A stretch of DNA of 64,000 bases. It comes from Fimbriosthenelais zetlandica. Its lineage: Eukaryota. The position numbers were made by a program, and so were the translations under genes. The stretch covers positions 30,690,001 to 30,754,000 of the forward strand of contig OZ365115.1 of NCBI GenBank assembly GCA_977030845.1. Reading direction: 5' to 3'. The notes beneath the pieces were generated by a model. That model had not been told where the DNA came from. It searched no databases and worked only from the letters and a program-made list of their open reading frames with translations. Below, one piece after another: positions 41,542-53,700 of this stretch (positions are counted from its first letter, which is position 1; every line of letters starts with the position of its first letter).

Positions 41542-43842
41542 CTGTGGGGGAAAGTTAAACCACATGATATGCAACTGTCATGAAGATTCAGTGTCAAGAG
41601 GACGGGGTTGTCAGATTAGGGTCTCTGAGCCACACACTTCATTCACTAAATCAGACAGTGGAACTGAGCTAAAGCTTATTTGTTTCACCTCATTCCTACT
41701 CTGTCTTCCACGCAGTCCTCCAGCTGTTTTTCAGTCCATCAGTCAGATCATCTTTTACTCTTTGTTACTGTGAATTTCAACTAGTTGTTGCATGGGCTCA
41801 TTGAAAGATTTCCCCTTCACACAACCCCTGCTTGAGCATTTAAATGCTGTACAGATTTATATTCTACATCACCACAAATGAGCAGGTGCTTTAGCCTGAT
41901 GTGATGACAGCTTTATGGAGGTTTAGATCGGTTGTCTGCAGCAGAATATCTCAGATAGGGTTAGTCTGACCTTTGAGTGGGAGCAGCCCTATTTTTGTGC
42001 AGTTTAGTTTATTTAAACTGTGTCCTAAACATGAGCAGAGAGGCCAATGTCCAAACCCTACAGGGTTCCTTAATGTTAGGAATGAAGGGATATTGGACAT
42101 CCTTTTAACCAATAAGTCTCCAACCACCAAAAGAATGCGAAGCAAGTGAAGGTCTGTGGGTGGATATATATTGGGATTTGGATGCACGCAGACATGCTAA
42201 TAAGGGGCGTGGTCAATTGGGCGTCTCACAGATACAAGCATATCAACATCTGTGGCCTCCAGGTCTGCTCCCAGACTTCCCAGGGTGTACATTGCTTCGT
42301 CTCCCTCCATTACACGCATATCCATCTAACCAACGTCTCTACTCCTTTCTATCTTTCTCTCTATCAATCTATCCTTCCTCAGCTCTTGTTATTTCACATC
42401 CACTTTCCATCCCACACCCCCGGTCTTCCATCATTCTCCCACGTTGCTTTTATATCACTTCAACTATAAACTTATTCCAGTTGGCAGTAAAAATCGATGG
42501 AATCCTCGGAATCGCACTGTTTTCATTCACAGTCGTTGGAAATACAACAGCAGCTGAGTCTGAAGGAAAGTGATCCGGGCAAAAAGACGCGTTCACAAAC
42601 CCGGGTGGGAATCGACGCCCCTCACAAGATAAACATGCACTGTTCTAACATTAGATGGGCTCTTTTTTCAAAAGTGGCCAAATTTAACAAATGGGATACA
42701 AAATTTCACATCATCCATCTTAATTAACCTTTCTGTATGGGTTAGGGTTTCTTCCTCCCTTTCCTATGATAAAGTTGGCAACATTAAATAAAATGTAGAA
42801 GGGAATCTATAAATGATTGGATAGTTCAAAAATGAAATCCAATAATTGTGATCAATGTGGGATCAAGATTGACCACATATTGTTTGGCCCGTTTGTGAAA
42901 AAAGGTGCAAGATTCCAAGTATCTCATACTCATAGCCCCAACCTAGACGAATATACGGGAGCAGTGTATTGGCTGCCAACTAAATGGATTAGGCAAAAAG
43001 CCGGGGTGGCATTTCAATCTTCATTTAGTTGAGAGAAAGGATGATTTTCGCAGCCTTCTAGATCTCGTGCGCCTGCCAGAGGGTTGAGAGAAAGTGAAGG
43101 TTTTGTATACACATTCAATACAAATATTATTTTGTCTCCACCAAAAATCCGTGAAATGAAACTATTGGGAAAAACACTTCTACTAAATTGCAAGTATCGA
43201 TTATTCTGCATGATACGTACAATGTATTTTCCAAGGTCATGTACACCATTCAGAAATACATTTTTTGTACATAACATTTCAAAACTGATATGTAATTTCT
43301 GCCAAGGCACGTTTTCTATGAGTTACACTAAATAAACTCTTCATTACTTTCATTGAGGCTGTAGATTTATAGAGACAGCAGCTGTGCGATTCAGAGTATG
43401 TGGGGATCGTACGACCCGCGAAAAGCAACAAACAATTTTCTGCACAACTCCCACCAGTAATACTAGCAAATAGGCGGCGCTCTGTACACTGCACCTGCCC
43501 ACATGTCACGTGATAGCCTGCATGGTACATGATGGGTACCAGGCCTGTACCGCTGATTTATCCTACACATCCTCCAGCAATAACGCTATAACGTTATAGG
43601 TTATGGCTTATAAGTGGAATACGAACAAGGGAATCAGGGATATTATGCATGAGATTGTTCTCTTAAAAAATAATCAAATGTTGAGCTTCAATGGCATTTG
43701 GGGAAAACCAAACTCCCAACATTGGAAACAAAACCACCTAAATGACCCCTCATCGGGAAAATCAGGGGTCCAGATTTAAATGAAGACAAATGGAACAAAG
43801 TAAGTATAAATGAAGTAACTGAAGTAAAGGAAAAGCACTTAC

Positions 43843-44287
43843 TTGGAGCACTTGAAGCAGGAAATATGGTAGATTGCCCTCTTCACTGAAACTCTGTCCG
43901 TCCCGACGACAAAACCACACCCCTTACATCTATCTCCTCCAAAAGCTGACACCCTCCTCACACTCCCGCTATGGTTGCTTCGGTTGCTAGGGAAACCAGT
44001 CATTGAATGGCTATCTCTCGTCATATATTTCCCTCCGTTGCTATGGTAAGCTGAGGCCTGGTTGCTAGGGAATGGCGTCTTGTTGCTAGGGAAGCAATGA
44101 TAACTCGCTCTGACTGGTTGGTTTCGCCGGAAGTAAGAAGAAGAGGGTTCCTGGTTGTCACTGCGCAGGCTCGTCAGACTGGTGATGCTGGCCCGAGAAC
44201 GAGGCTTGTTGTAGCGTTCATAGCAACCGTGGTTGTTATAGAAACGAGGGTTGGTGACGTCATCTATGTCGTTGTCATAGACATCAT
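43843..44287 (-). CDS. Internal coding exon of a LIM-domain protein (low-complexity linker + first zinc finger of a LIM domain)
   Basis: Acceptor gtttcttttcag (44288-44299) and donor AA|gtaagt (43837-43842). The 445 nt are open in one frame (phase 1 in, phase 2 out): DVYDNDIDDVTNPRFYNNHG...SVRRVSAFGGDRCKGCGFVVGTDRVSVKRAIYHISCFKCS(K). C-x2-C-x16-H-x2-C-x2-C fits the LIM consensus. CpG is locally elevated relative to the flanks. Confidence 0.85.
43983..44262. promoter_or_regulatory. Exonic cluster of RFX X-box-like motifs plus CRE
   Basis: GTTGCTAGGGAAAC 43983, GTTGCTATGGTAAG 44037, GTTGCTAGGGAATG 44061, GTTGCTAGGGAAGC 44082, CATAGCAAC 44219, GTTGTTATAGAAAC 44232, TGACGTCA 44255. Confidence 0.4.
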
Positions 44288-44470
44288 CTGAAAAGAAACG
44301 GTTGAATTATCAGTAAATTATCAGTTATTTTCAATCACATAATAATTTACATTTTTTCCGGGTAGATGCAATATACTTCATGGGAAAGATAATCAATCAA
44401 GTTGGAAAGTCTAAGCCTATTTCAATAGTGTAGACTTCAGAGATACCAAGCTTCACTCCCGACTAGTACA

Positions 44471-44549
44471 CTAGTGCCCCCTAGTATGAAAGGCGTGCAT
44501 TTTAGAAACGAGGTGTCTACTTCAGTATTCCCATAACAGGTGGCAGCAT
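44471..44549. promoter_or_regulatory. Two divergent CTCF-like motifs
   Basis: Minus-strand ACTAGGGGGCACTAG (44471-44485) and plus-strand ACAGGTGGCAGCA (44536-44548), compared with the core CCASYAGRKGGCRS. Confidence 0.35.
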
Positions 44550-45243
44550 ATTGATGGAACTTACGGCCAAAATAGAGTTCCTCGGAAACTTAAGCTTACT
44601 ATACTGGTCAGTGACAGTATTAGTAATACCAGTACAAATGGGTGTCACATTTGAGATCAGAGATCACAAAATAACACATAAACTAAGAACATCAACACAC
44701 AACAGAATGTATAACCAAAGAGAGCAATAACCAAAGAGAACAAAATGAACATGAACATTCACAGCTACAGACTCTCTCACTCCAGCACGAGTGATTCAAC
44801 CCACACGTTCGATTTCTTCTTGCAGACGACTTTTTGTTAAGTCCCACAGGACCATTGATTATGCAAAATGAAAACAAATGTGTCAAAACAACTCATGGAA
44901 ATTCCTGGTCAAAATTAACATGCGTGCACCACAGTGTTTTTAGTTCAAACACAGAAGCTGCAAACTTGGAAAAAGGGATCGAGTTATAAGAAAAGGTACT
45001 ACAGGAATGAAGGGATGGATGTCAATTTGAACAAGGCTCAGTAGACTAGGCTCTGATTAATGTCTGGACAAGAACCAGATCAAAACAGAAAATGGAAATT
45101 ATGAGATGCTATTCCTCACATCTTTTCAACTTTTTCAATTGTGAAAGGGCAGCGTTTTATTGCATTAGGAAGAACTAATAAAATACAGCCACCCGTTCCC
45201 TTTTCCCAGGCCGTTTGAACTAGCTAATTAGGAACCCCATCAG

Positions 45244-45344
45244 ATCTCTGTGACAAGTTAAAAGCCATGGAATGCTCAGACAAAGAATTCCAATTAGTCG
45301 TGTGCTCTGCGTTGTTAGACAAGTGGAAAAGATCATTAAGCCTT
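45244..45344 (+). CDS. Candidate 101-nt plus-strand exon
   Basis: Donor CTT|gtaagt, moderate acceptor ccccatcag. Helical-looking peptide (D)LCDKLKAMECSDKEFQLVVCSALLDKWKRSLSL. The antisense frame is also open (track ORF 45224..45406). Confidence 0.3.
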
Positions 45345-46819
45345 GTAAGTTTTAAATCCTGACCAAGAGTAAAATTCATTTGGCCCAGGGGTACATCCGA
45401 TGGCAATCTTTATGATATATTCGCTTCAACAGTTGCGAAAGGATTCATGCTTGTGAGCATGACTGATCAGTTTCTGCAGTACAGAAACAAAGGGATTCAT
45501 TTCAAGTGGCATAATTAAACTGGACGGGATAACAATTAAGAACAGACATAAAGAATATGAGCTATAGCCACAAGGGATAAACTCCATGAAAGGTCCATTG
45601 AAGAAATTATTTTTGAAGTCTATCCATTTTACTAGCCTATAGTATTACTAACTGAAAGATCTTCCTGTTTTGATATTGATATTACTAACGACCACATGGC
45701 AAGATAAGCTCTATAGGAATTTCTCAAGTCCAGATGGCAATCCCTGTCACATATTAACTTTGTGTCATATGTCACCCTTTCCCATCCATTAGTTCAACCA
45801 TCCAACCACCACCCCATCCATTTTAATGACTGACCATCTTTATTGTTCTTGTCCATAGTATCGCCCCCCTCAGCCACCTAAACAAAGCTTGTTAATTTAA
45901 TCTCCCTGTTTGACCCATGGTTCGTCAATTATCCTTAAAGGGGCATTGTCTCTGTCGCTAGAGCATTAAGCTGATATCCCAATTATCGCTCACTTCAACT
46001 GTCAAGAACCCATTATAAGTTGAGACAACTATTTGTTTAGGTACTTATTTACAGCAGTCAGGCTGGGGATGGGGAAGAGGGGTAAGAGGTCATTACTTTA
46101 ACTAGTGAAATGTCAGAGGACAAAGCTGACGACACCAATAGCCCTCATAAATACATGCCAAATAGCATTTCACATGTTAATGTATGTGACCAAATGCTTA
46201 ACATTTCATGTTGAAAGAAGGTGGAACTTGAAAGAACTTATCACTAGGTAATACTTCTAAAAATATGAGAAAGGTCACCAAAAGTTCGCACGTATAATTC
46301 CAGGGCCTTATTCCCAACCCAACGCTCTTGCCATGCATGCATAACCATGTACACAGGACCCAAGTTCTCCGAAATCAATTAAATGGTATTTTAAATATTA
46401 TAAAAGCTTAGCTTTTACTAGCTTTATCTGGCAGAAGGTGGACAACAAAAAATTGTTGAATGCATCTCATACAGCCCAGCATACATGTATAGAGAATCAG
46501 TGAACCCTTACCATGACGTAAGCCAGGTTGAATGGTAGGAAAATAATATTATTCTGGGTGTCGGAGAGGCAGACACAAACAGATTGAGGGACAGTGAATG
46601 GAAGGGTCAACACACTATTGTCATGTTAAACATTGCTAATTCATTGCTTCAATAACAGCCGAATTATATCAAGGGGATCGGAATTTGCTAGTTCACTAAT
46701 CTGTTTTTGAAGTTAAGGATCAAACTCTTTTCGTGTCCTGACCAGAGCTTTGAAATTAGCATCTTAATCTATTTTGGTTGAGGTTACAATGGTTAGAGGG
46801 TATTTGAAAGTTAAACATC

Positions 46820-47160
46820 TTGAATGTTGAAATAGATATATTATACATACTATACCTAAGCCTTAAATGCGGCTCTAAGACACTACAAGATTTCTGGGCG
46901 TGGTATCAATGCAAATTGTATCAGAAGTCCCAAGAGCAGGACTTTAATAGAGTTTTAAGAACCTTTCAAGTGTGGGAAATTCAAAATTATATGGACTGCT
47001 GATCCAAAATTTGAATTGACGATCAATAATGTGATTCAAACATCTGATCAGCCAAAGATAAAAGCAGAAAGTGAGCAAGTTTTTTGACGAAAATACATGA
47101 TAAGATAGGACTAAATCATTCAACATGTCAGCCCTGATGATGACTAACATGTTTCCCATC
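46820..47160 (+). mobile_element. Decayed CR1/L2-type reverse transcriptase fragment
   Basis: Ordered remnants IDILYILYLS (DVIYLDFSKAF), WEIQNYM..IDDQ..DS (WIxNYL..RxQxV.IDGQxS) and FLTKIHD..LNHSTCQ.PDD(+1 nt)TNMF (FLIYINDL..HSxC.LFADDTNLF). Confidence 0.6.
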
Positions 47161-47701
47161 CACCTGCATGCAAACACTCCCTAATTACAGCGTACCTCAA
47201 GATGGGTTCAAACCAGGCCTTAACTAAACACCTCCCATTCTTTAAAAAAAATAATTAAAGAAAATGTGTACTGAGATCATTTTAGTTATTTGAGCGATTG
47301 TGTTTCCCCGCCTTAAGCACGTTTACATCTGGAAACAAGGTCTATGATCTTTTGTCCCAAAAGATGAAACAACAATTTCAGACTTGGGGTACATAAAGAC
47401 GGCTTTTCAGTGCTCTCAGACCTGCCCCCGCCCCTTTTCCCACCTCTCCATCTAAATGCCATGTCCAATTACCTCAGGGAATTCATCCCCCTGATCCCTT
47501 TGTTTCATTGAGATGTGCAAAAATTATAAAGAAATCACAGTCTTTGTACTGAAAGTGGGGGCGGGTGCATGGAATTTTTGAAAAAATCAAAATGATGATG
47601 TAACAGGCAAGAGGCACACACCTCCTTTCCGGGGCTCTGTTCTTTTTTGATCAGCGTCTCCACCTCCCACTCCCACAGCCAAAATCCCATTCACACCTGC
47701 A

Positions 47702-47730
47702 CCCGCCACCCCCCAACTCCCCCGACTCCC
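47702..47730 (-). other. Canonical G-quadruplex motif
   Basis: Minus strand GGG-AGTC-GGGGG-AGTT-GGGGGG-TGGC-GGG. Confidence 0.5.
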
Positions 47731-48482
47731 TCAGAGTCTAAGTTAAGGCTTGATTACCTCATACCTGTCAGCTATTAATGTGACACACGCTCAGGTGTAT
47801 TAATGGGGGATCATAAAGAGCCGCCCTATAAAGGTAGACTATAAAAGGAAACATGCCAGGATAAATATGGACTGAATGTAAGAATAATTCACAAACCTCT
47901 TTAATGCCCCTCTAAAATAGAATGGGATGCTCGGTATGTGAAAATTTAAATTCATTAGATTTTGATTATACGGATATATATTTTGAGTGAAATAACCTAT
48001 AAATTTCCACTTGAAAATTCAAGATTGTCTCCCTTAGTGGAAAATGTGTAATAAATAGCCATAAATACAGGGCATTGTTGCCTATGGTTGTACCAACAAA
48101 CTATTCTATACTTGTTGGTTGTACAATGGTCGAGTTTGTTAACTCGCTCTCTGGTTTCCATGAACAAAGAGGACATCACTCGGCCTATACAGGGTTATGC
48201 CACTGTGGCACCTGATTGTGTTTGACAGTGTAGAAAATGTTTCAGCCTGCAAAATGCCAAGTGTTTAGGAGGGGCGTCGCGATTGGTATCGGTTGTCAGT
48301 GAGTCTCCAATGTTCAAGGCCCAGAGCCTGTCTCCTCCCTCACCCTCACATCTACTCTGTGGATCTTTGTTGGCTCTCATCCCTGGCTGGCAGTGTGTAC
48401 AGGGTGAGGTTAAGCTCGGGGAGAATTGGGTAATGTATTTGTCCTGTTTGAAGAGCTCACTGGGTATTTTTTGTTAAATATT

Positions 48483-48538
48483 TGGTAGCGTGGTTTAAAT
48501 ATCAAGTTCTCTCTCACATTGGGGTTCGAGACCCACCA
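48483..48538 (+). mobile_element. tRNA-derived SINE head / tRNA pseudogene
   Basis: A-box-like TAGCGTGGTTTA and B-box GGTTCGAGACCC with complementary ends tggt...acca. No intact cloverleaf. Confidence 0.45.
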
Positions 48539-49499
48539 GATATAGACGCGAACAAAGAACCCATAGAGTGGAATAGCTGTGAAGGATCTAGTCAACATGC
48601 TCGGCTTGTGTGATATTTGAGTAAATAATGGGGGTATTATGATGGAAAAAATGGGTTTTTATGTGGAAACCCTCTTGGTGACATGCAATAGAATGCAGGC
48701 AGCGCCAGAAAGGTAAAGGGAATTTGAAAGGGCTGTAAATACCCAAATGACTTACTGGTTTATGGTTTCTTTCTAAATAGTGAGTTACCTAAATGTACAT
48801 GTAAGGTGGATTGTAGGTGCATTGTTCACTCAGACCTGCCTGACCAGGTCATAAGAGCCCCACTAAAAGCTTTGCTACAGTAATCTCCCACACTCAAACT
48901 TTATGAATTTTCCCACGTTAATGTTGGGTTCGGTGGGGTTAAAGCCAGAGCAATTAAAGGTGTTAATGTCTAAAGGGTGAAGGGGATCTCAGGCCACTAT
49001 CTCAATCTATGACCCTGATACACTGATCTATCCCATTAAGAGATCTCCACCTGTCTCAATTTAGAGCACTCACCAATGTTTCTCACAAATTTCCAAAAGC
49101 ATTCCTTCTGTAAATTGCTACAGAATCCCAGCACAAGGATCTTAAATAACATATGACATACATGAATAAATAGACACACGTCTCTGAAATAGGGCATTGG
49201 TGCACAACTCAGGTATGCAGGGTAATAATAACCTACCCATCATTCGACAAATTACATAACTGCTCATGCTTGGAAGCATGACGATCAGTGTCATATAGAG
49301 AAGTGGGCGCCCCTGGGGAGGGTTATAAAATGTATTGACATAACTCAATAACCTGTTATGTATGGAGGGGGTGATGGATCAGTCTGCGCCAGTAGTCATC
49401 ATGCTATGGCCAGCTGCTGTATACATGGGTTCAACTCATCCTAGTGTAGAAAGAGTGGGTGGAAATGCATGAAATATTCTCTCCGGGAGTCCAGTGTAA

Positions 49500-49660
49500 A
49501 AATAAGAACTGACCGAGGCTTGATGCCATGACTTATTTCCCTGGTTTGAAAGCAGGGAGATCGAGGGCGAAGCCCGAGGCTGTTTCCTGTCTCCAAAACA
49601 GCTAGGATAATAAAGTGAAGTGAAAATAGGTTATTCTTGATTATCAGGTCAATATATTCT
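49500..49660. mobile_element. Decayed palindromic non-autonomous DNA element (MITE-like)
   Basis: Central hairpin cgagggc-gaa-gcccgag with imperfect arms cctggtttgaaagcagggaga / tttcctgtctccaaaacag. This centre is typical of small palindromic elements in marine invertebrates (recollection). Confidence 0.4.
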
Positions 49661-50017
49661 CTGAGAAATTACCAGATGAAAATGATGCTCTATGTACAAT
49701 ACGAGTTCTATTTCAACCTGAATTATTTTTTAATATTGGGCATAATGGAATCAGGCATTGTGTTCCCATACTTTTTTCTCCTACAATTTAGGAGATGAAC
49801 ATTTAAAAAATGTGGAACATCACCAAGTGTAATGATATGATGAGAACTGTTTCATGTTTCTACAGATAGAGGAAAGCCCCTGCTGTGTAAAGAACCACCT
49901 GGGGCATTGCCTTAGCCTGGCTTGAGGACAGGTGATATGTTCTGGGACAGGTGTGTTTAATGGTGATTACATTATTAGTGTCTACCATAGGCATGTGTGG
50001 AGGACTCCAATCCATCA

Positions 50018-50040
50018 CCCCCCCCCCCCCCCCCCGCCCC
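50018..50040. repeat. Poly-C tract (C18-g-C4)
   Basis: Read directly from the sequence. Confidence 0.9.
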
Positions 50041-50519
50041 ACCACTCACACACCACACGTGGCCGTGCACTGTTTAACTTCAAGCTATGATGAAAATTAT
50101 GCCCCAGCAGGATTCAGCCTGGAGAGCCAGTACATTAGTCTATATAGGCTGATTGGGCTATCAAGTGGCCATCGATTTACCAGGAGAAAATACAAGATTC
50201 AGATCAGACCCTCAATGTTTGTCAGATATGCAATTTCTTTGGCAGCATACATTGTCCAATTCATTTTCTCCTCAAATTTCTCCAGAACACTGAATTGAAA
50301 GTTAGAATAATAATAATCATTATTACGGAAGAGCAAATCGTTAATACAATTTAAAACATTAAGATAATGTTGCAAAATGTAATGGTGAGCATGCCATCTA
50401 CAGTACCGAATAAGTCAATCAGTATGCCATCACATGCCAAAGTAAAATAAGATTATTGGTTTGCAAACAACAAATGAAGGAATTGGATTTGTAGAGTTAG
50501 GAGAGTTAGGGTTGGGCTT

Positions 50520-50760
50520 AAATGAGAAGATCCTCAAGACAGACCCTCAAGAGAGAAGATAAAAACGCCTGGAGGAGCATATCAATGAAGCTCTTGAAGC
50601 TAAGCTTTTTTTGCTCAATGTCAATAGGGATGAAGGCAAGCCTGAAGATTACCTGTTACTCAGCCCCACGAACAACCAACACATCAAAGCTGCAATCTTC
50701 TTTTGATATTCCCCCAGTGATTAAAATGATCAAAGAACTGTAAAATGTGATAAGAAAATT
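50520..50760 (+). mobile_element. Possible decayed RTE-like LINE fragment (inter-domain region before RT)
   Basis: EKILKTDPQERR*KRLEEHINEAL and FDIPPVIKMIKEL*N resemble ILTDxxExxxRWxEHFxxLL and PITxxEVxxAIKxLKN. Short match only. Confidence 0.35.
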
Positions 50761-53700
50761 TAATTTAGCAATGGGCTTTGAAGAACTATATGACCTTATT
50801 TGGACCTTATGTGTAATGTAATAGTGAAGATTCCATATAGATACTTCAGTGATTATATTGGCAATTATGATGGGATGGCTCTTCAAAGATATTTGTAAAT
50901 GAGTTCTAATGAAATCATCCCATCATATAGAGAGTTGGGATTAGCACTAAGTGAATTCTACTTGTAAACCTGGTAATTTCCACCAAACCTCAAGGCCATT
51001 TTACACGAGTTAAAAGTATATTCACTTGTTCACTTATTGGGTTATGATGGCAGCTCCTGCTGCAGCCTGGACAATAAACCTGAGTTCTCCCCACAAGGTC
51101 AGAGTGCCTGCATGATACCCTAGAACCCTCATGCAATCTTAACCTACAAGTGCCCTAAATGTAATGTAACTTCATCGTTCCATTTAAAGCTGAAAGGTTA
51201 ACGGAATGCACACAACACGTCTCATGCACCAATCCGTCATATATTTTCCCCTTGCACATACACATGCACATCCCAAAACAGATTATTTTGATGCTAAAAG
51301 ACACATATTTCACACGGTTTTCATCACCTATTAGTGGTGAACATAATTACTGTAAATTACGTAATTATTCAAGGTTAAGGCAGCATTAGATGCAATTCAA
51401 TGTCTGACATCTGAAGATGGATATATGTGCACATATAATATAATTGTACATCAGAGAAAATACTTGTCACGTAAATTTTTACACTGGTGATACATCATTC
51501 TCTCTCCACCACCGATAAGTAACATTATCAAGCTCAGACATAGCTTAACAAAATGAAGCCTCAAGGTCCTATCATCTGTTCCTTTTATATTATAACAATA
51601 ATTATCCAGGTATAAAGTAATACCCAAAGAAGCACCTGCTCTAATTCACCCATACAAAAGCAGACTTTGATGCAACACAATCTCTCCTGTTATTACCAGG
51701 GCTTTAGTGTTCAGAAGTCATGCGAAATGTATACAGGACTCAGACATACGACATTAATCTAAATTGATATTTCTTTGCACTTCTCCACATCAAAACAACT
51801 ATCAATGTCTGAGACATTGATGTATAGTAACTGAAATGAATTTCATGGAAACATTAAAAACTTAATATATTTCTTGATTTTAAAATCTTAATTGTTATCT
51901 TGCTTGCCATGAGCATAGATTTCAATATAAGTAAGGGAGATCACATCTGAATGTTACTTTGTAAGATACCCTTCAACAATGAAAGATGATACAGGATATT
52001 AAAGGCAATTATGTATTATGTCCTACAATTAATCGCAAATATACCTCTTCTCTGAGCTGTCATCTTCCCAAAAGCTCGCAATTTCCAGTTCAGGTTTTCT
52101 GACAACCTGACCACTTGTAGACCTATAATGTAGCGTTCTTACCACGTTAATTTCCTGCCTAAGGCAGGTTCGTAGCACCATTTTGCGGTGCTTCACAGTT
52201 TTGTAAAATACTGCTATGCTCTGAAAATTTATGAAATGTTTCCACATAACTAGCAATTATTTGCTCCGTTCTTTTTCAGTTTAGATTCGCAGGTGGGTAG
52301 TAATTTTCAGGGAAGACAAAAATGTGGAACTTTAACGGTATTTTTTAAACACATCATGCAAGGTTGATATGCTTTATATCCTGAGGAAAAACTCGTGAGG
52401 TACAGTACTTTTGTAAAATAACCTATTATGATTATATCATGTAAAAACTTAATCATTTGATGAACATTAAGGAACAAAAGCTCTCTACGGGTAAACCATG
52501 CAAGCAGGTTCAGCTTTAATTTAGCAGATCTTTCATACTGATGAAGGCCAACGCAAAAGTCCTTGAAAGCATGAATTGCTGTTATTGTCAGATTATATGT
52601 ATTAGCAGCATGAAACACTGTGATAACATTGTTGACATAGCGGGTTCGGTTCCTGGTAACCTGAGGAGCGGGAGGAGAGGCATTTTAAACCCTGACTGCA
52701 AGCCACGGCATGCATGAAACATGTTGACTTTATCAGTCAATAATGCATGGCCAACTCTCCAGCCATATCAAGATGCTAAAAGCTTATATGTACACTCTGA
52801 CACCTCACTTTTCCCTCAATAATCATGCATGGCAATACTGCTTTTTTAGTGTAAATCATTGTTGCTTTGTCTGTCGCACACAAGGTGGATCAGAAGCAAC
52901 ATCCAAAGTCATGTGCTAGTACTGGAGGTTTTCTCATTCAGCTTTTCTGATACAATGATTGCATGTTCATCCGTATACATACAGTATTCAAGGAAGACAC
53001 AAAGGTCTAAATTAAGTATCAAGCAAATACAATCTTTTCTCCATACTGATGTATGGCTATAAGAGAGATTAGATATGATCTGATAAGACTAACCTTACAA
53101 TGCATGACAGACAGTTGGTCAGCTGCTTATGTCTTGAATATTGTCTGTGCAGTAATCAATATTCTTTCAAAACAGTTCAGGTATACCTGTTTTGTGATAA
53201 TTGTCTATAGTCTTTAAACTTCAACACGTGTCGTTGTCATTCTTCCGTGTACCTTCCTTGGTATAATCTTTGTACATATTCTCAAGTGGAAATGGCCGAA
53301 GACACAGAAAACACCTGACTTTACCTTTTCTACAAGGCCTGGTACATCTGTATTTAGATTAGCTCGGTAATATGAGCCTTTTGTTAAAATGAGATTCGGG
53401 AAAAACAGTTTCCTTGTGGCTCGATGTTTACACAAATTTTTACTTGGCTCAGAATGTCATTTTCCCACCTGCCATTTACAATGTAAAAACTATTTTATAA
53501 GGAACAATATTTAACAGACATTATAGCAACCATGTTAGATGGCTGAGAAGGAAACTATGCCTATCACTGTATATAATAGCAATGAGATATTTTAATTAAA
53601 ATGAGGAACAATGTTTCGTAACATTATTTGTCTATCATTCAAAATTATTGGTCCTCACAATAAAAGCCCTGCCAGACTTGGCCATATGGACTGCATAGTA

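Noticed and set aside
42146-42573. 107-aa and 137-aa ORFs
   Set aside because: Driven by pyrimidine-rich low-complexity sequence.
43279-43496. Possible LIM-completing exon starting cag|G TGC
   Set aside because: The translation (CSVQSAAYLLVLLVG...) lacks the LIM second-finger pattern.
47211-47755. 15-bp imperfect inverted repeat aaccaggccttaact / agttaaggcttgatt
   Set aside because: Two mismatches and no extension, so it is not distinguishable from chance without a genome-wide search.
47764-47840. Minus-strand segment bounded by strong acceptor and donor
   Set aside because: All three frames contain stops. It could only be a non-coding exon and has no further support.
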